Below, one piece after another: positions 25,101-37,496 of a stretch of DNA of 64,000 nucleotides. Under the pieces are notes generated by a model. It saw nothing but the letters and a program-made list of their open reading frames with translations, had not been told where the DNA came from and searched no databases. The stretch is from positions 60,338,464 to 60,402,463 of the forward strand of contig NC_043011.1 of assembly GCF_006345805.1 (NCBI RefSeq), written 5' to 3'. Origin of the DNA: Octopus sinensis. Lineage: Eukaryota. The number at the start of each line of letters is the position of its first letter. Position 1 is the first letter of the stretch. Made by a program: the position numbers and the translations under genes.

Positions 25101-26839
25101 AGCCAAATTAGAAAGAAGCTGTAAAGCCAATCCTTGTGACCTGTGTTAGCATGAAAATAAACAGATGCAAAAACTGATGATAGTGATATTAAATGAGATA
25201 TACTTGTTAAGAAAATAACAAATACCTACATCAAACAATAATGATGCATGAGGATGAACAAGAACAGGTATTTTTCAGGTAAATAAATGACCCTTCCACC
25301 ATTATCAGCACAAAAAATAAATAAAGAAGTGCAGGTGTGGCTGTGAGGTAAGAAGTTTGCTTCTTAGCCATGTGGTTCTGGGTTTAGTTCCACTGAGTGG
25401 TGCATCTCCTGCTATAGCCCTGGGCCAACCAAACCCTTGTGAGTGTGTGTGTGTGTGTGTGTGTGTATCTTTGCGACCACCACCACTCGACAACTAGAGT
25501 TAATTTGTTTATGTTCTTATAACTTAGTGGTTCAGCAAAAAGTTACTAACAGTTCAAGGTTTAAAAAAATAAATAAATATTAGGGCTAGTTTGTTTAACT
25601 AAACTCTTCAAGGCAGTGCCCCAGCATGGTCACAGCACAATGACTGAAACAAGTAAATGATAAAAGGCATGATAAATATCCCATGTTTTTGCAGTTTGTG
25701 GAAAAAGAGAAAATGTAAATTATAAAAAGCAAACAATTTAGCAAATAAAGTTACAACAGTGTTGTTGCTATTCTGTTGATTTATGTTGCAATTAAAAGAA
25801 CACATATCTAAAAAATAAAATAATTGAACCACCAAGAAAAAAAAACTTATAAAATAATTATCATTACATATGTGGTGATATTTCATGAGAAAACCTGAAG
25901 GATATACTACATCCAAGAGAACAACAATCTAATGCTTTAACAATGAGTTTTTTTTTTCAGATTGCTGTCTTGAATGCATAAAAGATTAATTATCTATTGC
26001 CCCCTTTTCCTTTCCATTTTGTCATTAACATTTTCTAACAGGAATTTCTTTATAAAGCTCAATTATTTAAGTATTTTACCTATTTTTATCTTTCTGAAGC
26101 AAGATGGTTTTGCCCATTACTGTGCTACTACAATGGCATACTCATTGACTCTTAGGATCAAATGCATAAAATAATACAAGGAATGGCTGATCCTTAATTG
26201 AAATTAATGCACATAAACTAACAAAGAGCCCGTTTAATTATTCATTGTTTCTTAAGCATACACATACACGCTGACAGTGAGCCAGCTGAAACATGGAAAA
26301 TACTGTCAACCTTTTCCTAATAAATGTTAATATGTACCTTACTAAAAGATTGAATAATACTCTAATTTAATGTTAAATTGTTTTTATATGACTGGACATG
26401 AAGTGTATGTATATATAAGTATATATATATATATATATATATAAGTATATATCAACAGCTGGTGTGTAATTTAACTAGCTAACTAATTAACTATGAAGTA
26501 GTAAAATTTTTGAGTTTCTAACTTCCCTTTTATCATCTGAGATGTTTTGTACTAAATGAGGGCTTCAAAAGATAGTCTCAATGAAATTTCAACGTTAAGC
26601 TTGAATACCTAAATGATTAAATCTAATTTTATTCTATTAGGAATCTATTCACACGAAATACAAATTCTAGCAAATAACAAGAAATTTACATGTGATCCAT
26701 TATTTGCATGAGGCTGATGAGACAGCTGCTGTGATCCAGCATAAATGCTTGACTTGTTAGAAGTAGTACTTTTTCACTCTTTTATTAGTTTCAGCTTGAG
26801 AACCATGCCATGCTGGGGCTCTGTTTTCATTAATCTTCC

Positions 26840-27135
26840 TTTAATAGTATTTGGTGAATGAGGGAGTTTGATATTGTTGCCCTCATTTGTGTTTCCTGCC
26901 TTGAAGTTGGCTCATCCAGTATTCTTAGCAACTAGGGATCCAGTTTTGTTTTGAAGGCATCTATACCCATCCCATATAGGTCTTTCAAATGTTTCAGGAA
27001 GATATTAATGAGCTGTGTTGACCTAGAATTCCAGCTATTGCAGTATCTGGTCCTGTATTTTGATGGTAAGTGTGCGATCTTTGGCACTATGTAATGCTTC
27101 AAGTCACACTGTAATACTATAAAACTAGCAGTACA
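26840..27135 (-). mobile_element. CR1/L2-group LINE 3' fragment
   Basis: Peptide KHYIVPKIAHLPSKYRTRYCNSWNSRSTQLINIFLKHLKDLYGMGIDAFKTKLDP, continuing as LDEPTSRQETQMR...SNSLIHQ, typical of CR1-group ORF2 ends. A ~25-bp unit repeated three times (27138-27215) sits at the truncation point. Confidence 0.65.
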
Positions 27136-27815
27136 CATGTAATTCTAGATATTAAAAAAAATGTATGTAGTTCTAGATATTTTTAAAAAATGTAGTTCTA
27201 GATATTTAAAAAAATGAGAGGGCCATAGCCAGAACACTTGGATTAGATCTGCCTTATCAAGTCAGACCTGGAGCTAAACAAGATTAAATCAAAATCAATG
27301 GCATACATTTCTAAGACATTGAATATTTAAAGGAAACTTCATTCATAGAGAAAGAAGCTGTCATGATGATGATGATGAAGTAGAAGTCTACAATAAACAA
27401 CAAAATCTTAAAACAATTATTGACAATGATAAAGCATTTTATGATGCATAACAAGTTTATCTTTTTGAATGAGAATAACGGTTAAATTCATCAAGTAAAA
27501 TATCATCATCATTTATATATATATATATACATTTTATCTTATATTAAACTTTTAATACTTTTTGATAGTTATAGATATTTTTTTTAAATATTAATAAATA
27601 AATAAATAAAAAATAAAAATAAAATATATATATATATATATAAGAATTTATAAAATTAAATTAATATTTTTAAATTTTTAACTTTAAATTTAAATAATTT
27701 AAATTTTAAATTTTGTATATTATATATTTTGTATATTATATTAATTATTTTTATTTCTGTTTTGGTTAATGTTTTTCACTGTTTGATTTGCCTAATAGTG
27801 GTTTTATCTCTAATT

Positions 27816-27860
<45 letters not shown>

Positions 27861-28734
27861 GGTGTGGTTTATATATATTCTTTGTTTTATTTTAGATTAT
27901 GAATTTTAGAATGATTTGGAACAAACAAGTAGCTGAGATGCAAATCACCAGACCACATTGATAACAACAAACAGACTGTGAGCTTACATAAAAGAAGCAT
28001 ATTAATTTTGTCACTACACCAAATTGACTGTATTTAAATAAGAAACAAATGAAAATTAGTGTAACAAAAGCATATCAATGATTTCCTGAGAATTACTATC
28101 ATAACAGTGAAAAGGAAGTAAAGAGAAGTAACAGCTTAGTTATGAGAATGATGCTGTATGTTACTCAGACAACAAATATGGAACAGTATATATCTCTGCT
28201 CTAAAATTTCCATCAATAATGAGATTCTTATGAATTAATGAATCATTTAAAGAGTGAGAGAATTTTAATTCTCTGGGAAGATTAAATGTCCTGGTGTCTA
28301 TTGATAAAGATTTCTATTTTTAAGCAACATAGTCATTGCATATTTCTCATTAATACTAAGCCAAAATTAAGAAACCTTAGAAAATACCTGAAAGAAACCA
28401 AAGGTAAATTTAATTTTCAGTTTTTTTAGCCCTTAAATTTACATTTTAAGTGGAAGCATAACATTGTCATCAGATAAATACCACCACCACCACCACCAAC
28501 AACAACAACAATACTACTACTACCATCAACATTATTTAATATCTATTTTGCTATTCTCTCATGGAGCAGACAGAATTCAGTGGAGCAGATTTTTTACGGC
28601 TGGGTGCATTTCTTCTCACCAAACTCTACTTGTTTCCAAGATATTTTCCTGATGTCCTTTCATAGCAAATAGAAAATAAACAGCATCACTTGTCTGAGAG
28701 GTTGTTTGCTTGCAGTTCACCTATCTATCTAGGT

Positions 28735-29260
28735 CACCCACATGATGCCCCTAGGGGTTTCGGTCGCACATACTACAGGTGTCACAAGGCACTGCTCCAT
28801 GTGGTCCTACAGTTTCCATCTAACTAAGATTATTAGGGTCTCATCCATTGTCTTATAATCAAGATCCTCTGCATGACATCCTGTTAGTTTAAAGCCACGA
28901 ATCTGATCTGTTAGGTCCTGTTGATAACTAAATCCACACCCTGCTGCAGATGCTTTGATTTATTGTCATTGATCTTTACTCCTCTAATGGTTAAGGTTTT
29001 GTCTGTTTCCTACCCTTTGACCTGTCTGGCTTGGTAAAACCTGCCTAAAGATTTCTCTCACTCTATCATAGCTCTCTGGGTCAATGGAGCACACAGGCAC
29101 TCCACCATGACAAGGTACTTGTTGAATTGGCTGTTGACTACACAGTAGTTTTTCTGCCCTTTGATGGATCTTATTTTTCGTCCTGCAGGGTGTCCAACAA
29201 TCACCCTCTTCACCAAGTAAGCTTGATGGGGTCGCCAGTTTAGTGGCCAACGACCCAACC
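28735..29260 (-). mobile_element. RTE-like 5' UTR segment joined to a short putative 3'-end segment (possible internally deleted non-autonomous RTE)
   Basis: Minus 29117-28990 (accttgtcatggtggagtgcctgtgtgctccattgacccagagagctatg...ccaagccagacaggtcaaagggtaggaaacagac) resembles RTE/BovB-type 5' UTRs from recall. The downstream part is poorly resolved. Confidence 0.35.
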
Positions 29261-30054
29261 AATTAGTGTGTGATGTTAAGACAAGGAAACAGAAATACAA
29301 CCACACACAAAAGCTTCCTTTTCTCTTTTTACCATTATACCATATGCCACAGTACTTTGGTGATACTTCTTGTAGAAGGCTAATAAAGCACCTAATTTAT
29401 AGAGTTCATTTTTAAGTATTTGATTACTTTATTTAATTCTAAGATATTAAAAAGCCAGCTGAACTTTAGAAGTGATGAAAGAATCAGCAATAATTTCATC
29501 AGATGCAACAGAGTGAGGAATTCTAATTTCTCAAGAGATTTTACTCCTTTTACAGTGGTACAAGTTGCAAAACCAACTGGCTTATGTACTGTGCAAAGAG
29601 CATTTAGGCAACCAGATGTTTATTAATTATATTTCTTTGAGTTACTATTTAGGCTTAAGAAACAGAATGTTTTTAACATTTTCAAAGTTGTTACTGTGTG
29701 TGTGTGAGAGAGTGAATGTATGTGTATTAATCCAAATATGCAGAATTATAGATCCATTTCAGCCAGTCTTAACTGGTTTATATTATATATGCATGCATAT
29801 ATGTGTATATCTTTTGATAATGTATATCAACTAAAGATATAAACATTAGCAAGAATATCCATAAACATATTCATTTAAAAAAAAAGCCTGTGCAGTATTT
29901 GTTTTGCCCAACTTGTCCTAGTAATCCCTCATCACTCTTACATGAATGAAAGCATTAAAACAATGTTTGATGCATTGGAATCTTGTAACCAATGAAGTGG
30001 TTTGCAAAAATGTGATATAAATAAAAATAAAAACTAAAACTTCGATTAAGTAGG

Positions 30055-30785
30055 TACAGGTGTGACAGCATGGTAAGAAGTTTGCTTCCCAACCATATGG
30101 TTCTGGGTTCAGTTTGAGCAAGTGTCTTCTGCTATAGACCTGGCTAGACCAAAGTCTTAGTGGATATGGTGGAGAGAAACTGAAAAGGGCTCATCACATG
30201 AATATATATTATGTGTGTGAGTGTGTATGTGTGTGTGTATGTGTGTGTGAGTGTGTGCGTGCATGTGTGTGTGTGTGTGCGTTTGTCTAGCACTATTGCT
30301 TCACAATCAGTGTTTGTTTGTGTACATCCCTGTAATTTAGCAGTCTTGCATAAAAAAAAAAGACTCCGCCGGTTACGACGACGAGGGTCCCAGCTGATAC
30401 GATCAACGGAACAGCTTGCTCGTGAAATTAACGTGCAAATGGCTGAGCATTCCACAGACACGTGTACCCTTAACGTAGTTCTCGGGGATAATCAGCGTGA
30501 CACAGAGAGTGACAAGGCTGACCCTTTGAAATACAAGTACAACTCATTTTTGCCAGCTGAGTGGACTGGAGCAACGTGAAATAAAGTGTCTTGCTCAAGG
30601 ACACAACGCGTCGCCGGGAATCGAACTCACAACCTTACGATCATGAGCCGAATGCCCTAACCACTAAGCCACGCGCCCTCAGCAGTCTTGCATAAAAGCC
30701 CCTTAAGTACCAGGCTTAAAGAAATAAGCCCTGTAGTTGATTCATTTGACGAAAACCCCAACATGACAGACTGAAACAAATCAAA
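30055..30785 (+). mobile_element. Family A SINE interrupted by a younger SINE
   Basis: Head caggtgtgacagcatggtaagaagtttgcttcccaaccatatggttctgggttcagt; the 3' module resumes after 30697. Confidence 0.75.
30356..30680 (-). mobile_element. Young full-length tRNA-derived CORE-type SINE (family D)
   Basis: 17-bp TSD agcagtcttgcataaaa (30339-30355, 30681-30697), A-box tggcttagtgg, B-box gagttcgattc, CORE-like tgtgtccttgagcaagacact, many intact CpGs. Older copies at ~15395-15525, 36105-36255, 43860-44121, 46840-46962 and 61140-61280. Confidence 0.9.
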
Positions 30786-32337
30786 AGCAAAATATAACAA
30801 TTAAATTGGAAACTTTTGTCACATTCTGAACAAGGAAGTGAAAGATTACTCTAAATGCAGACTGATACACACATGCAGACTTTATTATTGCAGAATGTTA
30901 TTTTATTTATTTAATGAATTTATGACTAGTAGTCATAAATTTGATACCTAATTAATCGCACTCTTAGGGAACGAGCATTTACATTTTAAAATAACTCTAA
31001 TCAAGAGATACATTAAACAGCAGGCACATTAAAGAGGCTGGATAGTCAATAAATAATTGCAGATTTTAAAAGTTTGTCATTGTTAACATATCTCATACAT
31101 TTTCAATAAAGATTTCTTCCATGTTTAGTAAAAATTAATAAAAATAAAAATTTTTTAAAAATATTAATTAATGGTACTAATAACATTTTTCTCAAGTGAA
31201 TTTCAATAAAAATGAAATACCATCTCAGTAGAATGACGAGTGCGACTGAGGAACTGCCAAGGACACAATATGTAATCAATAATCAGCATCGTTTAGATAG
31301 AAATGATGTTTCAAAATAGTCATTAACGAAAAGATTTTTATTTCAAGAATTTCTTTAATTTCTTTACTTATTTATTTTACCATTCCTTCTTTTTGCTTCT
31401 TGAAGTTGATTTTAAATGAACAAGAAGAATCAATGGAAAAGATTGAATAAACCTGTAGAACTTTTTTGAAATTTACACCTTAAAGAAATCAATGATATAT
31501 ATTCCTTAGACAAACAAAAGAGTCCCTACATTGTTGCTGTTGTTGTATAGCCAAAGGAGAGTTCTGATTGAGTAGGTTTGTGAAAGCACAGTCCACCCAA
31601 GCTCATGTTAGTTAATGTATCCTCATTCCCAAGATGGTCAGTGTGAGTTGAGAGATACTGGGCTGCTAATTTAAGTATATTCAGTTGCCTTGTAAAGGCT
31701 CTCTCAATGGGTAGAGGTGGCCTCTCCTGGTAAAAAGAAGTAGCAGCTAAATATCTTTTTAATCACACCATCTAACACATTTAATAAAAATAAAGACACA
31801 TTGGACAATATGACAAAAGACAGGATGGTCATAGCACTACATATTATGTCTCCAGTATAACTTGATGCACCAATTTACATTGGTGTACACACACATACAT
31901 GCATGTGTGCACACACACACACAGAGGCTTCAACACAGTTTCTGCTTACCAAGTTTCACTTGTTACATAGATAAATCTGAGGCTGCCATGCAGTAGATTT
32001 GAAACCAGAACCATGTGGCTGGAAACTGAACTTCTAAACCACACAGCTACGACTGCACCTATGGCTAAATATTATGTTAGATACATTAAGAAATGAAAAG
32101 AGTTACCAAAACAAAACAGAAAGAAAACCAATTTCTTTAAACAAACTTGCATGACAATATTATATTTACAGTAATAATATTATCCTTTTAAGCACATTCT
32201 ATTAGCAGGGAAGTTTTTTTCATCAGCCATTTTCCAGGAAATATACCAGCATATTATACTTGATGTATCTATCTTACTGATAGTGTAGATAGCCTACCTT
32301 TGTTGATACAGCCAAAGACAAGCAAATTGTGCTATAT

Positions 32338-32386
<49 letters not shown>

Positions 32387-32389
<3 letters not shown>

Positions 32390-32675
32390 TCGTCGTCATT
32401 TAACATCCGCTTTCCATGCTGGTATGGGTTGGACAGTCTGACTGAGGGCTGGTGAGCCAGAAGGCTGCACCAGGCTCCAATCTGATCTGGCAAAGTTTCT
32501 ATGGCTGGATGCCCTTCCTAATGCCAACCACTCTGAGAGTGTAGTTGGTGCTTTAACGTGCCACCTGCACAAGGGCTAGTCAGGTGGTACTGGCATTGAC
32601 CATGCTCAAATGGTGCTTTTTACATGCTACCTGCACAGGAGCCAGTAGGGTAATGCTGGCAACAACCACGCTCGA
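32387..32675 (-). mobile_element. RTE 3' UTR fragment with (GAT/GAC)n tail
   Basis: Same family as 21942-22260. Confidence 0.8.
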
Positions 32676-32699
32676 TATACATACGTGTGTGTGTGTGTA

Positions 32700-33000
32700 T
32701 ATTAGAGTGAGAGATACCAATCACATAGAGACTCCTTCATTTGCTTGTAATATTTGAATGTTCCTGTCTTTGATCACCTCCTCCCGTCTTTACTCGCCAC
32801 CAAAGAATTACATTCCCAACTGGTCTCTAATCATTCTTTGTTTCTGTCTTTCCTATTCTGACCACCTTTTCTCATTCTTTCATTTGCTATGATGAAGGAT
32901 TAACATCTGAAATGTCAGTACTCCTTCCCTTCTTTTTAAAACTAATTACATTTGTTAAAACTAGTCTCTCCCATGTTGTCTTCTTTATGTGCTCATTGTC
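32700..33000 (+). mobile_element. Penelope pseudo-LTR-like repeat with a degenerate minimal hammerhead motif (32886-32919)
   Basis: gct-aTGATGA-agg-attaaca-tct-GAAA-tg-TC-agt follows the minimal type I hammerhead layout, with a C3>A change and probable CpG decay. No Penelope ORF is visible. Confidence 0.4.
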
Positions 33001-33009
33001 ATATATATA

Positions 33010-33101
33010 GTGTATATATATATACATACATACTTACATACATACATACATGCATGCATACATACATACATACATACATACATACATACATACATACAAA
33101 C

Positions 33102-33132
<31 letters not shown>

Positions 33133-33140
33133 TATATACA
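33010..33140. repeat. (TACA)n/(TA)n/(CA)n microsatellite
   Basis: Directly visible. Confidence 0.95.
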
Positions 33141-34142
33141 GTGTATAGTGTACACGCGCATATGTAGTGCTAAATCTTATAGTAATGGAATTGATAATAA
33201 ATCTATTTATATTTTTATATTAAGAATTAATTGAATGTTCTCAATTGGTTTTGGAAGAAGAATGAGAATAGCAAAATCATAGACAAAAAAGGTGCAGGGG
33301 AGGGCGTTCGGAAAGGTATTATTTTGTTCAGGAGAAATATGTGAAGTCTTATAATCAGGAGAGGCAAAGTATATATGAACAAGGATTAAAAAAAAAATAA
33401 TTACTCTTGAAAAAATTCCATATTATTTTCAAAGAATCATATTGAAAGAAACAGAGAAGCAGCAGATCTGACCTAAATGATTTCAAGAATAATAAAATGT
33501 ACTTTAAAATTCTTGGATTCTTCATAAAGACTTTAAATGGTACATATCAAAAACAGCCAAAAATGAGTCAATACATGAGCTGCTCTGTACTTGCACAATT
33601 TGTTAGAAATAACAACCAAATAGTCCTAACACCTATCGTTTTATAAAAACAATGATGCACTGGGTAATAAGGTGCTGGATACAGATATTCATTCTGAATA
33701 AAACAAAACAAATGGTCGTGACTGAAAAATCTTTCTTCATAGGTCTGCTGGCATCGGAGCCAACATGAGGTTTAACAAAAGCAGCAACAATTGAAGGCTT
33801 CATTATCAAATGGAAATATTACAAGACAAAGGTAATGAGAAAAAATTTCAATATATTACAGTAAAGGTGTAACATTACTTTCAATTTTACTTTAAGAAGT
33901 ATTAAAAAAAAAGACTCAAGTGATAGAGAAGGAGGAGGGGCCATCAACATATCTTTTTATGTTTAATTGTTTCACTCATTAGACTGTAGTCATGATGACG
34001 AACCATCTTGAAGAATTTTAACCAAACAAATCACTCCTTATACTTAATTTTTTTAAAATTTAAGCGTGATACTTACTCTATCAATATCATTTGCTGAACT
34101 GCAAAGTTAAAGGGATGTAAACACAGTGACACACACATGGGC

Positions 34143-34680
34143 ACATGTATGGCTGCGTGGTAAGAAGTCTGCCTCCCAATCACATAGCTTTGTGTTCAGT
34201 CCCTCTACGTGGTACATTGGACAAGTGTTTTCTACTTTAGCCTCAGACTGACTAAAGCATTGGTAGGCAGACACTGTGTGCAAACTCATCATATATACAG
34301 GGTGGCCCAAAAGCAGGTTTACAGTTATCATATTTTAAAACATTTTATTACATTTAAATTTCTATCTTACAATTAACTAAATTAGCATAGAATAATGGCT
34401 TCATATCTTTTTTATAATTAAGGTTTAAACTGTTAATATATGAATGCAAAAGAGTTAAATAACTGTAAACCTACTTTTGGAACACCCTGTATGTGTGTGT
34501 CTTTGTGCCCCACTACCACTTAACAACTGGTGTTGGTGTGTTTACGTCCCTGTAACTGAAACTGATAGAATAAGTGCTAGACTTGAAAGTAAAAATGAGT
34601 ACTGGCGTCAATTTGTTTACCAAAAATTCTTCAAGGCATTGCTGTAGTCTAGTGACTGAAACACAATAAATATATATACA
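34143..34680 (+). mobile_element. Family A SINE carrying a nested Tc1-type MITE
   Basis: Head at 34143-34290; the 3' module continues after 34491. Confidence 0.7.
34298..34489. mobile_element. Tc1/mariner-type MITE (192 bp)
   Basis: TA TSDs (34296-34297, 34490-34491); ~31-bp TIRs cagggtggcccaaaagcaggtttacagttat / ataactgtaaacctacttttggaacaccctg. Confidence 0.9.
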
Positions 34681-34689
34681 TGTCAGGCT

Positions 34690-34848
34690 CTTTTTACAGA
34701 TTCCATCTATCAAATCCACCCACAAAGCTTTGTTCGGTTCAAGACTATAGTAAAAGACATTTGCCAAAGGTGTCACTTAGTGAGACTGAACCCGGAACCA
34801 TGTGGTTAGGAAGCAAACTTCTTACCACACAGCCATGCCTGTGCCTGT
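34690..34848 (-). mobile_element. Family A SINE head, inverted relative to 34143-34290
   Basis: gactgaacccggaaccatgtggttaggaagcaaacttcttaccacacagccatgcctgtgcc on the plus strand. Confidence 0.8.
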
Positions 34849-35810
34849 TATAAAATATAGCATTAAGAAAAAATAAAAAAAATAAAATGGCATGGACTGA
34901 AATCTATTTCCAGATCATGTTTTCTGTAATTTGAAATGATATAAATCTTCAAGCTTGATGGTTATTTTCAGACCAAAATAAGAGATATATAAATTAAGTG
35001 ATGAAGCATCAAAGGATTAACCATGGACAAACCACCCCCTTGTCTTTTTACTTTTTATTCTTTGTTATTTGTTATTCATTATCTTTAGTTATCAAAGAGT
35101 GTTTGGTAGAGTTAAGTAGAAAGTTTTATATGTGGCAGATTTATATGAGAGGAAATTTGAAATCTGCAGTTAATAGTAAATAAAAATAACAACAATCTCT
35201 GTTATATATATATATATATATATGTTAAGGAAAAATTAAAATGTATTTCTTTATACATTCTTTTTTCGTTGTTGTCAACATCATAAACATCATTTACATT
35301 ACATTTCCTGCTGGTGTGAGGTAAGTTAAATGGATAAATCTAGTAAAAAACATAACATCAACAACAGCAACAACAATAATTCTTTCTAATTTTAACAGAA
35401 TGTCAGTATTTTTGGAGTAGTGGGCAAATGGTATACTCATCCACTATTGGTAAATTTATTTTACCCACCCTGAAAGGATGAAAAGTGAAATGAACTCTGC
35501 AGGATTTGAGCTCGGAATGCAAAGAGCTAAAAAGAAAAGCTGCTAAGGATTTTGTCTGGTGATTTAATGACTCTGCTAGCTCGCCATCATAATAATTCTA
35601 ATTTTGGCAGCAATTTCAAGTGGTGCGGAAGTCATTACATTGTACCCCAGTGCTCAACTGGTACTACTTTATTGACCCCAAATGAATGAAATGCAAATAA
35701 ACAAGACAGCTTCTACACAGTTTATGACCCACTGCAAAAACCAGCCAAATCTCTAGAGGTAAGAAATGGAAAAATACATTGGCTGATACTGCCTTTGATA
35801 CACTATGTCT

Positions 35811-36018
35811 GTGAGCTGGCAGAAACATTAGCATGCCAGGTGAAATGCTTAGTGGTATTTCGTCTGTCTTTACATTCTAAGTTCAAATTCTGCCAAGGTT
35901 GACTTTGCCTTTCATCTTTTCAGGGTCGATAAATTAAGTAGCAGTTGCAAACTGGGGTCGATCTAATCAACTGGGCCCCTCCCCCAAAATTTTGGGCCTT
36001 GTGCCTAGAGTAGAAAAG
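35811..36018 (+). mobile_element. Family B SINE, near full length
   Basis: gagctggcagaaacattagc...aagttcaaattctgccaaggttgactttgcctttcatc...ccttgtgcctagagtagaaaag. Confidence 0.85.
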
Positions 36019-37465
36019 ACATGGACACTCCCTTGACCTTCTCACTCTTGACCTAGTAGAACATCATAGATATGATAGTCAGAGGGATAGAGAGGGCTGC
36101 ACTAGCAGTCAGCAGCTATTTATTTCCAGCTGAGCAGACTAGAGCAATGAGAAATGAAATGTCTTGCTTAAGGACACCACACACTTTTCAGTCCATGAAC
36201 TGAACCAAGAACCTTGTGATCATGAATGTAAAACCATAACCACTGGGTCATGCTTAATCAGGATACCAGACAACCTGAGGCTAACCAGCCAGTAATTGGT
36301 CTATTGGAAATCTGCAATCAACAATGCTATTCTTCACAAAATGAATGAAACCAAAGAAAAAGAAAATAAAAACAAAATGGAAGGAAAAAAAATATCACTT
36401 CTAAGGCATTGGTTGTTGTTTCCCTGAAGTTATACTAAAATAAACTGTAGGTAATGAAACAGATACAGATTGGATGGGTTGGATTCTTAGAGGAGAGACA
36501 GAAAAGAATAAATACTGAAAGAATACTCTGCCTTTTATTTAAGATTTGCAATACTAATAATAATAATAATAATAGTCACCACTAACTTATGGAAACTGAT
36601 GAAAATCTCAGACACAAATATTCTTCATAGAATTACTTAGTGCTACTGAAGTAATTTAATATCGGTAAATTTGAAGTTGTTGTTACTAAGCCTCAGGCTA
36701 ATCTTGATTTAGAAGATTTGTGATCAAAAGACATTTTGGCTGTGACCATCCTTTTTTCATTTTTTGCTTACACACACAAACAGCACTGAAGATCATATTA
36801 TCCAATGAGTCTAGTTCTGATTTCTTTTTAAGATAGTTTACTGTGATTTGAGAAGGGTTTGGCTACTATTTCTAACAGGACAGAAAACTGCATATTTGAA
36901 TGTAGGAAGTCAAATTAATAGAACACTAAGCAGGTCCTAACAAAATTTCACATACAAAAACAAAAAATACAGGAAATAGGGAATTAGTAATCAAAATTAA
37001 ATTTGCAAGAAATCACAGCCAAATTGCCTTCAAATTAAATCCTATCATCTTGGAAAAAGGAAAGACACATTAGATAATGTAATCATGGATATACAAAAAG
37101 ATGAGATGGTCACAACTGGGATGTCTTTGACCATAGTACTAACCACTACCAACAACATCACATAAGCAACCAATGTGAATATTTTTGTGTTCTCTTATCT
37201 ATAGTCAACTTGAAAGCCATACAAGGATACATCTCATATCATCATCATTTTACTGTCCTCTTACCCATGCTTTCGTAGGTCAGAGACAATTTATAGAGAC
37301 AGACTTTCTATGACTAAATGCTTTTCCTGTCTCCAACACTCACCTGTTTCCAAACATTGTGGAATATGTTCCCATGTAAGAAGGAAATGAATGACATTAC
37401 TTGTGTGAAAGTAACACTTATTTAAAGCTATCACATGATATCAAGACAAGGACGGATACAAATGG

Positions 37466-37496
<31 letters not shown>

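Noticed and set aside
29225-29260. Possible HDV-like ribozyme at the RTE-like 5' end (gggtcg...cgaccc)
   Set aside because: The paired strands are only 16 nt apart, so the nested double pseudoknot cannot be built from what is visible.
30590-30680. tRNA-like sequence with A and B boxes and a CAT anticodon-like loop
   Set aside because: The acceptor and T stems do not pair properly, and it continues into a CORE-like body with a TSD. It is a SINE head, not a tRNA gene.
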